A DNA stretch of 64,000 nucleotides, from positions 4,227,757-4,291,756 of the forward strand of contig MU054187.1 in the NCBI GenBank assembly GCA_013239625.1, given 5' to 3'. The notes under the pieces are model-generated. The model made no database searches, was not told the DNA's origin, and was given only the letters and a program-made list of their open reading frames with translations. The translations under genes and the position numbers were made by a program. Shown piece by piece: positions 40,058 to 54,036 of this stretch (positions are counted from its first letter, which is position 1; each line of letters begins with the position of its first letter). The DNA is from Lama guanicoe. Taxonomy: Eukaryota.

Positions 40058-42203
40058 TCCAGCTAAATCTCAATTAATAGACCAGGGAGGTCAGCCAAAA
40101 TTTACATTAAACCACCACCTGGGGGCAAGAAGAGAGTTAAGAATGGAAGATGCTGCTTTGGCTCAGAAATGGAGTCATTGAGAAAATCACTTTAATGCAC
40201 TAGTCATTCTATGTCTCTCTTCATGCCTTTGAGTTTGGGTGATGAATCTGTAATAACTGTATTCTTTCTGTGTATCCTGCAGGCTTAACGAGTCATCACA
40301 CAATTATTTAAACAGACTCTGTTCTGATTTTCTCTCTAAATATAGGAGAGCCCATCTCTCTCAGTGACATAGTGTTGCCCTGTCTTTACCCTCTGCCAAA
40401 ATCATTATTCAAATTACTCATTACTTTATTCACGTCTTATTCCTGGGGTGTCATTAGTAATAATAAATATCATTTTACCTAACCAGTCTTCAATTAGAGC
40501 CAAGTCAATCCCTATAAATGGAGTCAAATTCACAATACCCCTAGAAATTTATCTAGGAAATTCCCAAAAAGCCATTTTCTATCGTTTTTTTCAACACCCA
40601 CATTAAAAAAGTAACGGACTAAATTATTCTGTCTTGCAGATGAAACCCTAAAATATTTGTGCTTCTTTTACTGAGGTGAGTGAGGTAGGGGTCATTCCAC
40701 TATCCCCATTTTATAGATGAGAACAGGGAAGAAGGTAACCTGGTCAACGTCACACAGATGGGATGTGCCTGTCCCCATCTTACCCTGCTAAACTGAGTCA
40801 TCATCCACTTTAACAAGGCCTCCAATTCTGAAATTACTATTCTCCACCCTTTCCTCCAACCATCTACCCACTGCTCAACGTCTCACACTTGCCCTAATTC
40901 TAGTTGGGGCAAGGATAAATGGAGAGCACCTCCGCTGAAAGCACTGTACTTATTTTGTGTAAATTGTTTTCCATGATGGTATCTACTTCTGCCAGATTCC
41001 ACTTTGTCATTCAGATCATTTAACTGGTCTGCACAGTACATGGTGTGTCTCTGTCTGTCTTCAGTGGCACATGAGCTTCCCATGCCTATTCAGAGAAAGA
41101 AAAAAATGGAGTGGCCAGATTTCCCCACTGCAAATCCACAACTTAACCAGAAGGTTTAATTTCCTTCTCATGATCAGTGGCCCTTGAGGTGATGTTCTTT
41201 TGCAAAGAGAGGTCAGTGTCTATTTCTGCACTTACATCAGCTCTCATTGCCGTCCTGACAGACAAGGTTCTGGCCACAAGTCAGTCTGTCCCAAGGTAGA
41301 GTTCAAGCAGCATAAAACAACTGCTGAAGTTTTCAGGCTTGAGTATCGGAAAGTCAATTTCGTCTGATTTCATAATCCCCAAATATATTTTATCTACTGA
41401 AGTTTGACTTATTGATAGAGGAAAAAAGTTAACACACTCAAAGAATGTAATAAAGACCAATTTTGGCAACAGTGAGTAAAGAAAATACCATTAGTAATTG
41501 GTTTTCTGGAGCAAAAGCTTGATTTATTATTTTTTAAAAAAAGGTCCATCTACCTTCCACACAAGGCTTAGAACTTTATTTTCTATGAAACAGAGGCAAA
41601 AGTATCTTGATTACAAAGGTGCTCTTTCTCACTGTTCCCAGAACATTGTAAGGATAAAATTGTCATGCAAATGAGAGCAATGGCATATCTATTTGGAAAC
41701 TACCAAACCTACACTGGTCCCTAAGATCTGCTCCAGCTGTTAGACGTCTGCCCCTCTGGATCCACGGTCCGTTTCCCTGGAGATGGCCCTCCAGGCAGTG
41801 TTTCGGTGAGGCCGCAGAGCTGCCGGGGATGCGCCTCTGGCTTCCTGCTTTGAGGTGGCGTCCGGTAGGTGAAAGCAAATGTTTTCTAACTGGTCCCTGC
41901 TATATGGGTTACTACTACTTTTTCCCCAAAATCATGGAAAGGAAAGAAAAACACTTTTCCATCCAATGAGTCTTTAATTTTCTCTCTAGTTCCATGGGGA
42001 AGAGAATGTTTTTACCTTGGCAATTACTAATTAAATTTTTTATTTCCAGAGCTCTGTGCTTGTAGCAAAAATAATGGAAAAACCAACTAAAGAGGGAACG
42101 TACTGTTAAATAAACCAGTTGTTCTGCTGGCTGCTTTTGTTTACTTGCTTAATGGAGTAATTGTTCCAGCGTAAAGAAGACACAGCTGACTTGTTCCACG
42201 TAC

Positions 42204-42287
42204 CTTTAGTATACCAAAGGGATTGGGTCAGCCCCATCTCCGAAAGCCCACCAGCGGGCAGCGCTTCCTCCTGCTCATGCTCCATCG
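42204..42287 (-). other. Candidate 84-nt internal exon on the minus strand
   Basis: Minus strand reads 'tgtgtacttccag|CGATGGAGC...ACTAAAG|gtacgt'. The phase-1 frame is open (AMEHEQEEALPAGGLSEMGLTQSLWYTK). No homology recognised. Confidence 0.25.
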
Positions 42288-42574
42288 CTGGAAGTACACA
42301 TTCATATAATAAGAGAATGTTTAGCAAGATTGCTGGTAGGAGATTCAAACAATGATATAATTTGGAAAGAACGCATTTGGTGTTTGAAGTCTCTATTATT
42401 TTTTTTTTTGGAGTATATGCAAATGTTAAAGAAATGGAAAATCAGATTGTATCAGAAATTTGGAAAATATGGGACAGTGCATCTTCTAAATCTGAATTTC
42501 TGATTCATTTCATGAGAATCAGAGCTGCCGAAAAATAAAGGGAAAAAAATCTAGCTTTTATTTTCTCAACTGGT

Positions 42575-43190
42575 ATTAGAATAAAATTCAAAGACCTTTA
42601 CCAGGACCCTACATGATTTCGATCATGGTTCTTCTCTGACCTCATCTCTGTCCATGCTCCCCTTGGATCTCTGGCACCACCTACAATGCAGTCCTTGAGG
42701 TACCATGGACATGCCAAGCACATTCCTGCCCCAGGGCCTTTGCACTTGCTCTTCTCTTTAGAGAGAGATGTTCACATGTGATTATCTCCCTCACTTCAGT
42801 CAGATCTTTCCCCAAATGGTAACCCATCAGAAGGCTTTCCTCCACTCTAGTAGGACATTCCACTCCAAAACTTTCTATTCCTTCCCTTGCTTTTTCTTTT
42901 TTTTAAAATGGAGGTACAGGGGATTGGACCTAGGACTGTGTGCATGCTAAATAGTCCCTCCCCCTTTCCCCCTGCTTTATTTGTCTTTATAACAATTACT
43001 ACCACAACTGGAACTAGTATTCAGTACCTATTTATTGTTCATTTGTTTTGGTTTTTTTTTCTCCACTAAAGGTCAAGAACTTTGTTGGGGAGTTATTCAA
43101 CATTTTTATTCCCAGCTCCAAAAAAAGAAAAAAAAATGTCTAGCACTTGTAGGCACTTAATAAATATTTGTGGAGTGAAAGGATGAAAGA
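42575..43190 (+). mobile_element. L2 3' region
   Basis: 'cattcctgccccagggcctttgcacttgct' and the tail 'gtaggcacttaataaatatttgtggagtgaaaggatgaa'. Confidence 0.8.
42891..42968 (-). mobile_element. tRNA-derived SINE (camelid vic-1-like) inserted into L2
   Basis: 'ttttaaaatggaggtacaggggattggacctaggactgtgtgcatgctaa'. Approximate TSD ttcccttgcttt / tccccctgcttt. Confidence 0.75.
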
Positions 43191-45525
43191 TTGACTGACT
43201 ATAATCCTCTGTCGATAAATCTTTTATTTTAAAGTCAATTTGATTTCCAGGCTCTGCAGTGAAAGCAGTGCTTTCAAGAGGGTTTATATTTACCACCATA
43301 ATTTATATACTTTGACCTCCTCAGAAAGAGAAAATTACCTCCCTTTAGTTTTGGGAAACAGAATTCCAATAGTTCCTGGATGGCAGGTAAATGTGTATAT
43401 ATGCCCGTGAGAAACAGTTTACTACACAAATGGACCTGAGATTTACACATTTTGCAACTCCAAAAAAGTAACAAGAATACTCTTCTGCAAACAGATTCAT
43501 CCTTTCTTTTAGGTAACAGAAAATGCATGATAACCCGGCAGGAATAGGTCTGAGCACAGAGATCGGTCATAACTCATCTTTCCGTAGCTGATAAATGGCC
43601 GTCAAGAAATGACTTTTGACTACCTGTCTCCCTATCTGTCTTACTTGTAGGGGATGTTGCACAAGGGCAGAGGATGGAGAAATGGCTTGGAAGTGTGGGC
43701 TTAGGCACATAACATTCTTCTGAATGTAAGCATTGCCTTCCTGTCTGATCTGCCCACTCCAATAAACTCCCTAGTTCATGGAATAAAATCAACATGGCTG
43801 TTGGAAGCCCATTCCTGGGATTAAGGGAGCAGTTGTGCACAGTAGGGGGTGATGCTGAGAGGAGCAGACCTCAGCAGATAACTCAGGAAGAATCAGTTGC
43901 TAATGCTATTAAAGATGCTTCTCCAATAAAGGGGGATAGGAATGCCTGGTTAAGCAGGTTCCTTTGCTGCAATACCTTTCTGAGCTTTGACTACATTCAC
44001 GGTCATTGTGAAAGTCAATGAAGGTCAAAGGGATGTTACTTTACCTAGTTTCCTAAATGTATTTAATGAATAAACCTTTTATTTCAGGAATAACTTATGA
44101 CTTCCGCAGAATTTGGGAAGCATTTTTAGTGTTTTGTGCTGGCGATCTCGATGCAAGTTTATATAGAGACTATTTAGCAAAGGCAATCGCCTTAGAAGCT
44201 CTTGTGGCTCTGATCCATACATTTTGGCAGCAGACTCATCTGCTGATGCTGGTGCCACCTGCCACACTACCCATCAGCAGTGAAACGCAGCTCCCAGAAG
44301 CTGGCAATCACTCAGTGGCGAGGGAACAGCTTCCTAATCGATGCTTCTTTCTAAAAACCACTTACTATACACGTCAAGACACAGTGCAGATATTTTCTTG
44401 GTTCTACCTGACACTTAATCTGTTACCTACAAATGTGAGGGCAGTTGGCTCTCCTGTGCTTCACACAGACCTGGAGTGAGTCCACATTATGAACTGAGCA
44501 AGTCCAAAGTCTTGTCCCATGGGTCTTGCTTGGACTAGAGCACGCAGGGAAGGAGGGGGGGTCTCGCCTTGGAATGACCGAGCATCAGAGCACCCCCCCA
44601 CGAGATGCAGACTTCACTTTGCTCAGTGACTAGCAAACACTGTGTTCCATGATGCTGACTCACTTCTCAAACTCTGAGTACCTCCTCCTCTCACAGGACT
44701 CTTCATTGCGGACCTTATTTATATACGCTCTGACAGTACTGCTGATTCCTTTTTTAATGAGTTTAAATAAACACCTCGAGATGAAGTATTTGCCTTAGCA
44801 ATACACATGCCTATGAGCCTCCTACACACCTTACAATTCATGCAGTTTTCCATGTGTGGGTATCTGAAATTAAAGCATTCTGCCTGTTCTTTTCTTGAAA
44901 TCTTCTGCATTAGCTTAAAATCTCTCTGGCCTCTTCACTCAACAAATATTCATCAAAACACTTTGTTTGTAGCACATGATTCTGTTGACACAGCTCTCCC
45001 TTCGCTTCGAATGCTCTTTGCTGACACCTCCCTGAATGACGTTGCTCCAATTAGCTTACCAAAGTCATTTTGATAATTAGCTTACACCCCTTGGAAAATG
45101 AAATAAATGTGCATTCCAGACACTGAACCTGTCAAATCCAGCCTTGGTGAAGGCTTTGCACTTTTGAACCCATTTTTAGGGTGGGTGGGTCTCACGTGAA
45201 ACTTTCAGTTACATCAGAGATAAGATGTAAAGGGTTATCTAAACTTTGCCCAAATTAAAGTCCCTGAGTGATGGAAACTTTAAAAATTTGTAAATAAGCT
45301 TTATTTGTACTAATTTGGTTATGTAGAATTCAAGCAATATTAGACCTCTCTTAACTTAAATTACGTCTCTAAATTAAATGGATAAAGACACAATTGTTTG
45401 AATCAGTGCAAATCAAAAAACATTACAACTGCTATGCTAATGAGCTAATCCATAATTTAATTAAGTCGTTGCTGCTGTTTTGCTTTTTAAAACTACTTGA
45501 GTAATTAACAAAAGTGTATACTTGT

Positions 45526-45549
45526 CACACACACACACACACACACACA
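45526..45549. repeat. (CA)n microsatellite
   Basis: Directly visible, about 12 units. Confidence 0.95.
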
Positions 45550-47800
45550 AATGTGGGAGAGGCATTCCTCAAGCGTGGCCAGTTCTAAGTGTGGTAACCA
45601 ACTACGTATCCTTGTAGTAACTGAATCCTCTGTTGGTGGCACAAGTCATCACTGGAGAAAGCAGAGCTCGAAACAGATGCTCAGTCTGGCGAGAACTGGT
45701 ACAGGAGTAGCCGGGGACCAAACTTATAAAGAGGACGGCACATGGACTGAAGGAAATGTGGGTTCTGCGGTCGGCAGTTTCCATGTCAGACAAGTGGGAG
45801 GCTAAGAGGAATTCAAACAAAAGTGAGACTGGCAAGGAAGTGAGGTGCTAGAAAAGTGGGGAAACATGATAAGGAGTTATGAGACAGAACATATGAATAG
45901 ACTAATAGTTCCTGCGGAGAACTTGAAGGGGCATTTCTCAGAGACACTGGGTGAGGTGATGTAAACCCGTAGGCACGCCTTGACGTCGTGCACCAGGCAG
46001 GGGACTCACTCCTCCTGGCACGACTGTTGTGGCATCTTATTCAGAGGTCAGTCCCTGCAGGTTCAGCTCTGGTTCATTTCACAGCCATTCTTTTCAGAAT
46101 TCAAAGGCTTCAAATTCTAATTATGAAACTATTTGGACTATCAATAGTGGGGTCATTTTTTTAAATTAAGTATGGAAAAATAATAATTCCTGCCTTCTGC
46201 CAATTATATCCCACCTGGGATTGCATCTTGAAAACGCTTTAAGATTGGCTACCAAAATCTCATAAAGTTACCCCCAGAGAAGGCAGATTTCATTATTCCT
46301 AATTTAAATTGGTGGGATTTTACACATTTGCAATTCTTATTCCACTAATCTCCACAGAAATTGGAAAGAGACTCAACTGTGGCGTCCAAGAAATCCGAAT
46401 GTGTGTGAATTCAGTCGTTGTTGTGAATAAAAAAGCAGCGGAGTGGAGCCTTGCTGACACAGTAATGAGATGCAACCTTACGTCACTTAAGCCAGTCACC
46501 AGCAAGAAAGATACTAATGGAAATGCACTTGACTCTTAGATACCTGACTTCAAAACTGTATTGTCTGATTAATGACTTTCGAGTAATCAGGTTGATAAAT
46601 TAAAACTCATTCAGAAAAAAAAAGTTTTTAAAAATTGATTCAAGACACTTAAATTATTATCTGTGTACCTAGTCTACTAGTTAAGAGCTTCAAAATCCTT
46701 AGTTAGAAAAAAAAATGAAGGAAGGAAGGAAAGAAAAAGAAATCTGTTTTCTTCTAATGATTATCACTATGGGGGAAGAAATTGTTAGCATTTGGGATTC
46801 CCAAACACATTTAGATGCAGAGGGGAAAAATGGGAGTCATGGAGTGCAGCCCCTAGAAGGTCTGCGACCCCGCCCTGAGGAGGAGTGTGAGAATTTCCAG
46901 GTGGGCGGCGGAGGGCGTTGTGACGGCAGTGGAAGTGGGAGCCGGGTCCCCGACCCTGCAGCCGGTGTTCCATCTGCTGTCCCGTCACTGACGGGTGCAG
47001 AGAGGAGAGCTCTTCCTCCTAAACTGCCACCAGAACAGAAATCCCTAGAAGCTTCTTTATGCTGCATTCAGACGCTACCTCCTAAAAAGAATGATCTCTT
47101 TTGAGCCAAAGAGAAGGATATTCCAATTTTACTGCTAAAAAATTTGATAATATACTTAAAATTTTGATCCTGAATTACCTCATTGGGAAGAGTAATGCCT
47201 TCCCCACCGGGCTGACTCAGTTAGATAAGGATTAAGAAGCATCTACCGTAATCCCTGGGTCGCAGCCAAGCTTTAGCGCGTGGGTTTCCTCCCCCAAAGT
47301 AACTAACTTACTGGGCAAGTACTTCTTATCAGTTACAATATTTTTTACAGATATACAATATCTCAAATAAATAATATTTATAAATATGTAAATCCAGGTC
47401 TTAAAGTACAAGGGTGAGTTTTTTAAAATGATTTGGATCATCTTGGAAAACAGCCCGAACTGCGTTATACTTCCGGCTTAATTAAGATATCACCGTTGTT
47501 GGATGATATCAAGTTTGCTTTACTTCCAGGAATCAGGCAATTTGGCATAAACTTTGTTTTTCTAATGTGAGAGATCCTGCCTGGCGCACAGACACAGACT
47601 CTGAAGTTTTTAATGTCATCCCACCAAACGTCTCATCGGCCAAAGCAAGTTTGAAATTCTCCAGCCTACTATGATCTTAACTCTAGAACGTATGCATTAA
47701 CAGATTTCTGATACTACGTCACATGCGCCCGAGCGCTGTCCCCCGTTGGCTCTTAGTGGCAATGTCAAGGGGAGCAATGCTACTGTTGCTTTTCACCCAG

Positions 47801-47860
47801 GTTCCAGGAGATGCTCTGTCACAGAAATGCAAGCAAGCATCAAGCCTCTCACAAAAGGCA
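47801..47860 (+). other. Candidate 60-nt internal exon on the + strand
   Basis: 'tgttgcttttcacccag|GTTCC...AAAGGCA|gtaagt' has a good acceptor and donor, a length divisible by 3, and is open in all three frames. Confidence 0.35.
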
Positions 47861-49436
47861 GTAAGTCTACGACCACAGATTGTGCCTGGATATGTTTATG
47901 ACATCACAATGGCTACAGCTTTTTAACAGCGGCAACACTCAATTGTCGGGTGCACCTGAGGCTGTGCCTCCGTGTCCGCACGAGGTCACTGGAGTCAACA
48001 CAGTCGGCAATACTTCAGGAGGCACGGGTTTGTGGTGCCCGCCGCCTCCCTCCAGGCGCCTCCTTGTACGTTGCACAGTCATCTTGCCTCGGATGCTCGA
48101 CTCACTTCTGATGGGAAACAAGGTTCAAAAGTTAGAGTTGGGAAGATCCGCAGTCTTGTCATAGATGCGCTCTGTGATGCGTTCTGTAATGGATGGAGGT
48201 AGCGGTCACACAGTGCTTCCCAGCACTCTGTGCGCACACGAGTGAGCCACCTGCTCGTGCGCTGTGGTCTTTCCCGTCTGCTTGTGGGTCCATCTTCCTT
48301 CGTGGGCTTTCTTCTGAGTTGCGCTCTGAACTCGTTTCTCTCTCCGCACACTCTCCCTGGCTGGTCTCTTCCACGCCTTAAGCTCCAAACATCCTCTCAA
48401 AGCAAACATTCCCCAAGTACTCACTTCTAGCCCTAAACTTGACTAACCGTCTTTCAAGCTGGAAAACCGCTAAGCCCTACACACTCGAGCTACCCCGTGT
48501 CCCTCACTCACTGTGTCCTTAAGGACGCCTGCCCTGTTTCACCCCCCACAGCTCTGTCTGGGCGTTCACTCTGTCTGATAGAGTTTTCTCCACATCCTCC
48601 TTGTTGAAGTCTTACCTACATCCCTGTCTAGGTTAAGTCTTACTTCTTCCAGGATGATGTCTCAGACGGTCCTGCTCCCACCATCCCTGACCCCCCACAC
48701 CTGAGCGCTCTGTGCTATTGTAGCAGCTTCTTTCTGTCCTAAATCTCCGGTGCAGGGCATTTGAGTGGAGATGGGCCAAGCTCCTGCACAAAACTGTCAT
48801 CGGGCACAAACACAAGCAACTGGTTGGCTGAGGCGTTTACTCTGAATTATACGGAATTGTAGAAAAATTGTCTTCTCAGATTTTTTTAAGAGTTAGTAAG
48901 GAAGAGAATGAGATTATTAACCAAAGTCCATCCATGCCTGGGATATTCCTCGAGGAATACTGTTTCTGACAATTGATTATCGACTTGAAAACAAACCGAA
49001 GGTAATTCTTTGCTTGTAGAATGCAGGCTAACCTGGTCATTGATACTGACCCAGTTCTCTTCCCTTTTCTTTGTAAATTTCTTTGAACTCACTGGTTATA
49101 TAAACTGCACTAATCAATCCATACAGAGTCTCTGTTCGTATTGATTTGTCAGGGAACTCTTCTGGCAAATTACCAATCATCGTAAGTGAAATCACTTTCA
49201 AAGGACAATCATTTTGTGGTGTATTTTTAAAGTTACTTTATACTATGGAAGGCATCCTACATCTGCTTAAGAGACTTATACTTCTGCCAGCCCCAAATCA
49301 ACAAAACCAAGGCTGGAGTTTGACATTAAGTAAGTCCTTCTTATTTCTATAAAAGTATGTGACTCAGTGTCCTCATGAAGACACTGACTGGTGACTTAGA
49401 AAAATTTGAGTCATGACAAGATAGAGTCAAGAACTA

Positions 49437-49916
49437 TGAAGGGTCTGAAGTTTTATCCTACTGGCCAGCCAACAAGTTAGCTTTCCCGTTTCATGCCTGC
49501 TGGCGGATGACACAAGATCCCAGCTCAAAGATTAGAGCAACGTATTGCTCACGGTAATAGCAGTACACCAAGTACCCACATTTCCATCAGTCCCCCAGCT
49601 ATGAAGAAGGTCAAGTGATCCCCCGCCCCGTGCAGTGGGGCCCATCATGGGAGAAAAATGCCAAGCTTGGGAAACCTGCATCTTGCATAATGGGCAGTAA
49701 GCCTGTCTGAACTCTGTCCTGGGAGGGAGATGTTATCTTCCTTGGAGCAGATGGTAAAGAAACCAGCCCTTTGCCTAGGGGGAGACGCAGTCTCTATATT
49801 CTGAGACTGTCCACTGTACAAACAATTTGAAGGGCAGTCTGGAACAAATACCGTCAGTGTCTCTGCTTACAAATAGGAGCAAACACGAAAAACTCGCAGA
49901 GACTTCCCTCTCAACA
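49437..49916 (-). mobile_element. ERV solo LTR, MER89/MER90-like
   Basis: TG...CA termini: 'tgaagggtctgaagttttatcctac...aacaagttagc' to 'ccctctcaaca'. Family assigned from recall. Confidence 0.7.
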
Positions 49917-50624
49917 GATACATATGAAGATGTTTAAAATTTGAAAAAGTAACTTTCTTCGAGTCACTCTCCTTGAGTTAAGAAATATGACTGTGCTGGT
50001 GAGGATAAACACTTCAGTGCAGGGAACATTTGTACATTTTTTGAGAAAATACTCTTTATCAAGACACATTTTTCATTTTTATCCTCTCACTGATAAAGGA
50101 GAAAGTCTGTCATGTGCTATTTTATGACACATCTCAAAAGGAGAACGCTCGCATCCTAAATGCTGGACCCAAAGAGACAGAATTAGTTACTGGGATGTGG
50201 AACAGGTTTGGAGCGTTCCGGAATGGAAGATTTCACTGGAGCAGCAGCAGCATTAAGCAAGCCAAATCTGTAGCATGATTCTTAAATCCCAGGTATGTAT
50301 TATATTATAACAGTGTGTCCAAGTATCCTTTTGCAAATACATTTTACTAAACATTAAAAAAGGAATAAGAAAGGGAGAGTGTGACAAACCAGGAAAGGAC
50401 AAGAGAAAGTGTGTCAGTCACAGAAGGGACCCAAGATAATTCCTGTAGGTGGGAAGGAGGTGCCAGGCTTAATTTATATTTAAAGTATTTGCCTTTTAGT
50501 CATTCTTTAATACACACTATAGACTTTAATTTTTGTTAAATTGGGTCACAAGTAATAAAGTATATAATGCTTAACTTCGGCAAGAGTTTGTCACTTAGAC
50601 GAGAAGTGGCTCACTTGCTTTTAC

Positions 50625-51630
50625 TGTTGGAGCAAATTAGAGGGAGAGGGAAGAGACAGAGCCCACTGGCTCTTTTGGGTCTGGGGAGAGTCACAGTCAG
50701 CACTTGCGCATGTTAATCAGAAGCGGGACCCTCAGGCAGCAGCTTGTGAAGAATGCAGTCAAACCCTTTCCAGGGAACAAGTGTAAGAGAGCTGTTTTTG
50801 CCTTTGCGAGGAGCCCTAGGGCGTAACTGTGAGAAGTGCCCATTTAGATCAGCTTCTTTGTTTGCACAGTCCTGCGGGTCTCAGGAATGCAAGTCCCTCT
50901 GGCTATCAGAGCCAGGAAGGCTGAGGACCCTGCCCTCAGGCGGCGGTCACAGATGCTGGAGCAACAGATGTGTGTGCCCATGTCTTCTGGAAAGGTGCTG
51001 GCAAGCTGGGTTCATCATTCAGGAAAGCCAGAGGAAGAAGGCAGGGCATGCCCACAGGCTCCTCTGGGCTCCAGAAAGGATCTCGGGCAACCCCTAGACG
51101 CATGCTAATTAGAGGCTGGACCTTCAGGCAGCAGCTTGTAAAGTGTGCAGTCAAACCCGTTCCAGGGAAAGACTGGGAGGAAAGCACTTTTGCCTGCCCC
51201 ATCTGCGCCGAGCCCCGGGGGGATGGCCACAGTGAGTGCTTACACTGTGGCTGTAAGAACGTCTTTGTTTGCTAGGGCCCTGTGGGTCTCACAGGCACTG
51301 CCTGGTGTTTTGGGAGCCGTAAACGGTGTTTTGGGCCCGCACAGCGAGGGCCCCAACATTTCACTCCTCAGGGGGAAGCCAGGAGTAGGGGCGTGTCAGC
51401 ACGCGTGTGGTGTGTGTGTGTGGGTGGGGTGTTGCTGAAGGCAAGCGCGCATCTCAGCATCGCCTGCCCTTTTCCAGGTGGGCCTTCTCTCCCTGGCCCG
51501 ATGTATAGAAGTCACTCAGCTAGTTTCTGGATTTGGCGCAGAGGAAATTGCCCCATGTTAAGCTGGTCATCTGCTGCATCCTTGTGAGGAGGGAAGCCCA
51601 GGAGCCTCCTCTGTCACCATCGTGGTCCCT
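50625..51630 (-). mobile_element. L1 5'UTR fragment (antisense) with internal direct repeat
   Basis: Ends with 'cctcctctgtcaccatcgtgg' (reverse complement of the L1 start motif aagatggcg...). GC-rich, with two diverged ~390-bp units. Confidence 0.7.
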
Positions 51631-54036
51631 CGTCTCCTTTTCTCCTTCTATTTCTCATCCTAAACTAGCTTCTAAGGGCCAGCACCACCAAAAGTCTCCT
51701 TGAAACATTCTCCTTCCTCATTCTCCCACGGGGTCTTTCCAAAACACTTGTCACCTCCATTGCCCAGACACACTCGCCTCACTGCTGGTTTATGTGGAGA
51801 AAGCTTAACTTACGGCCTATTTCAGAGTGGATCGCTTTTACCTTATTGCCTTGTCAAAGCACCACTGAGGCAGCGAGTATTAAATCCTTGTTACCGTCTC
51901 CAGGGACTTATGCAGGAAAGTCACCTGGGTAATGTTTTCTCTCCAATTAAATTCATTTTCTTTATCGAGCATGAAGTATTTTTTTATTATAAGTAGGCAG
52001 AGAATTATACCCTATCAAGACACCCAAGAGGCTTATAAAAATCGTAAAGGAAAAAATGCCTACTTTGAAAGACATGGGTCTGGGAAGCTTTACGACCCTT
52101 TACACTTCGCCAGCCAGGAGTTCTGGCCGATTTCCCGTTAACTCATGCAGCCCAAGGCAAGCAGGGTCTGGAGCTGCCTTGATCTGATTATCGCCGGATT
52201 TAATTTGTGCCCAATTAAAATGAACAGCGTTAAAGGGTGGCCCTCAGCTGCACCAAAGTTGCAATGGAACAGCATTTACTAGAAGTGTACCAGCTCCCCA
52301 GAAGGCAGCGTGGCCAGCCATGTGTGAATGTAGCTGTTTCTAGGTAGGGTCTTACAGAGTTCCTGTGTTTTCATTGTGGAAACGGCATTGGATAATGGCA
52401 GCCATCCTTGTAGAAAGAGTAGGTTATAAAATTGGGCTGTAGTTTCCATTTTCCAGGTAACTGACGCAAAAGTAGACCTGATGTACCTAGCTGAGATTGA
52501 GTAGACAGAGTGCAACATCGCAGGAAAACAGATCAGTATCCTGTTTTGAAAACATTTCCAGGGAGGGAAAGCCACCCATCTTTCTCCCTGTGGGCTGGCA
52601 CTGCTTATACAAACAATCAACCTGTCTTCTGTCCATGCATTAAATTTCTGGTAACAAACACACAGTAGTGACGTGTTTGTGACATTAAAGTGGGTTCACC
52701 AAAGTACATTCCAGTTCTACATTGTAGGCATTCAATAAATGCCATCCCCCAAATAAATGGAATATCAAATGCATTCCCATTGGACAGAGGTAGTCTCTGC
52801 TCAGGCATAAATGTAGCCCAGCCTGTCTCACTCACGCTTCCTTGCCCTAGCCACTCTTTACATGATCTTGTACAAGACTATGACAGTGAAAGGTTATTAT
52901 TTTTTGTGAGTCACTGGTGAAGAGTTCTCCTTCCCTCCCCAGCTCAATTTGCACAAGTCTGGAAAAACTTATTCATTAATATAGTCAACAAATATCCACC
53001 CTGTGCATATGGTATGTTGGGTTCTGGGGACAAAGGATGAACAGTCTTGAAATGACCTCTGCACGCAGGCAGCACAGTCTTAAGGAATGACAGCTGTCGA
53101 GGCCTGAGCCCCTGTTAGTTGCCATATAGGGCACTATGTTTGCATTTTAGACATTTACGAAAGTCTGTGTCGTCATCTCCACTTTATAGATGGAAAAACT
53201 GAGACTCTGAGCCTGCATGACCTTTCTAAGATTTTCCAGCTATTAAATATCAAAGCCTGGCTTGGAATTACATTCTTTCTGTCTCAGTAGTTGCTTTTCA
53301 ATATTTTGATTCAGGTGAAACAGCATAATAACTATCGCAACCCCTAGATTTAAGTAGATCATTTACTCCGGAATCCTGTGTCTGTGTTCTAATTTTTACA
53401 GTAAAAGTCACTGTGCTTTTATAAAATAGGTTCCTAACAGTTCTTTCCTTAAATTATAATCTTCTCTCTCCCATAGGACACAACCAAAAGGGGAGGAAAA
53501 ACAAAAATAAAAAATTACCATTATGAGAAAATGTATTTTCTGGTTTAATATATTTGCTTTGCATTAACTCAAAATATGGTCCCATGATTCAGCTCTAACT
53601 AAAACACTATTATTTTTATAGAGTTGTATTTGTGACATCGGAATTTATATGAAGTTTTATATCAATATTTCTAGACAAAGAAGTAACTATAACTAGTACA
53701 GAGTAAGAATTTTCTGACATAAAGACTTTTGAAAGTAATTAATATTCACCAGGCTGAGATTTTAAATTTTAGGTACATTTCTTTCAATCAAGCATCATTT
53801 TCTTCAATATTTAACCAAGTATATTTTCTCATTTAGTTCATGAACGTTCTTCTCTCACCTGATACAAAACAAAATTTTTTTTTCTTCAAAACTTAATTTT
53901 CCCAAAAGATAAGATTATTTAGGTCGTTATTTCCTGGAGAACCCATGGTTTCCCTGGTAGTGATGAGTCCAACAATGTATTCAACAGGCATTTAATAAAT
54001 GCTATCTTCTACTGATAATTAAGTAATGGTGATGAT

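Noticed and set aside
40638..40679. Splice-flanked 36-nt segment (ttgcag|ATGAAA...CTGAG|gtgagt) as a coding exon
   Set aside because: All three frames contain a stop, and the donor adjoins a MIR fragment.
44057..44479. 140-aa ORF
   Set aside because: No recognisable homology and no convincing exon boundaries; compatible with a chance ORF.
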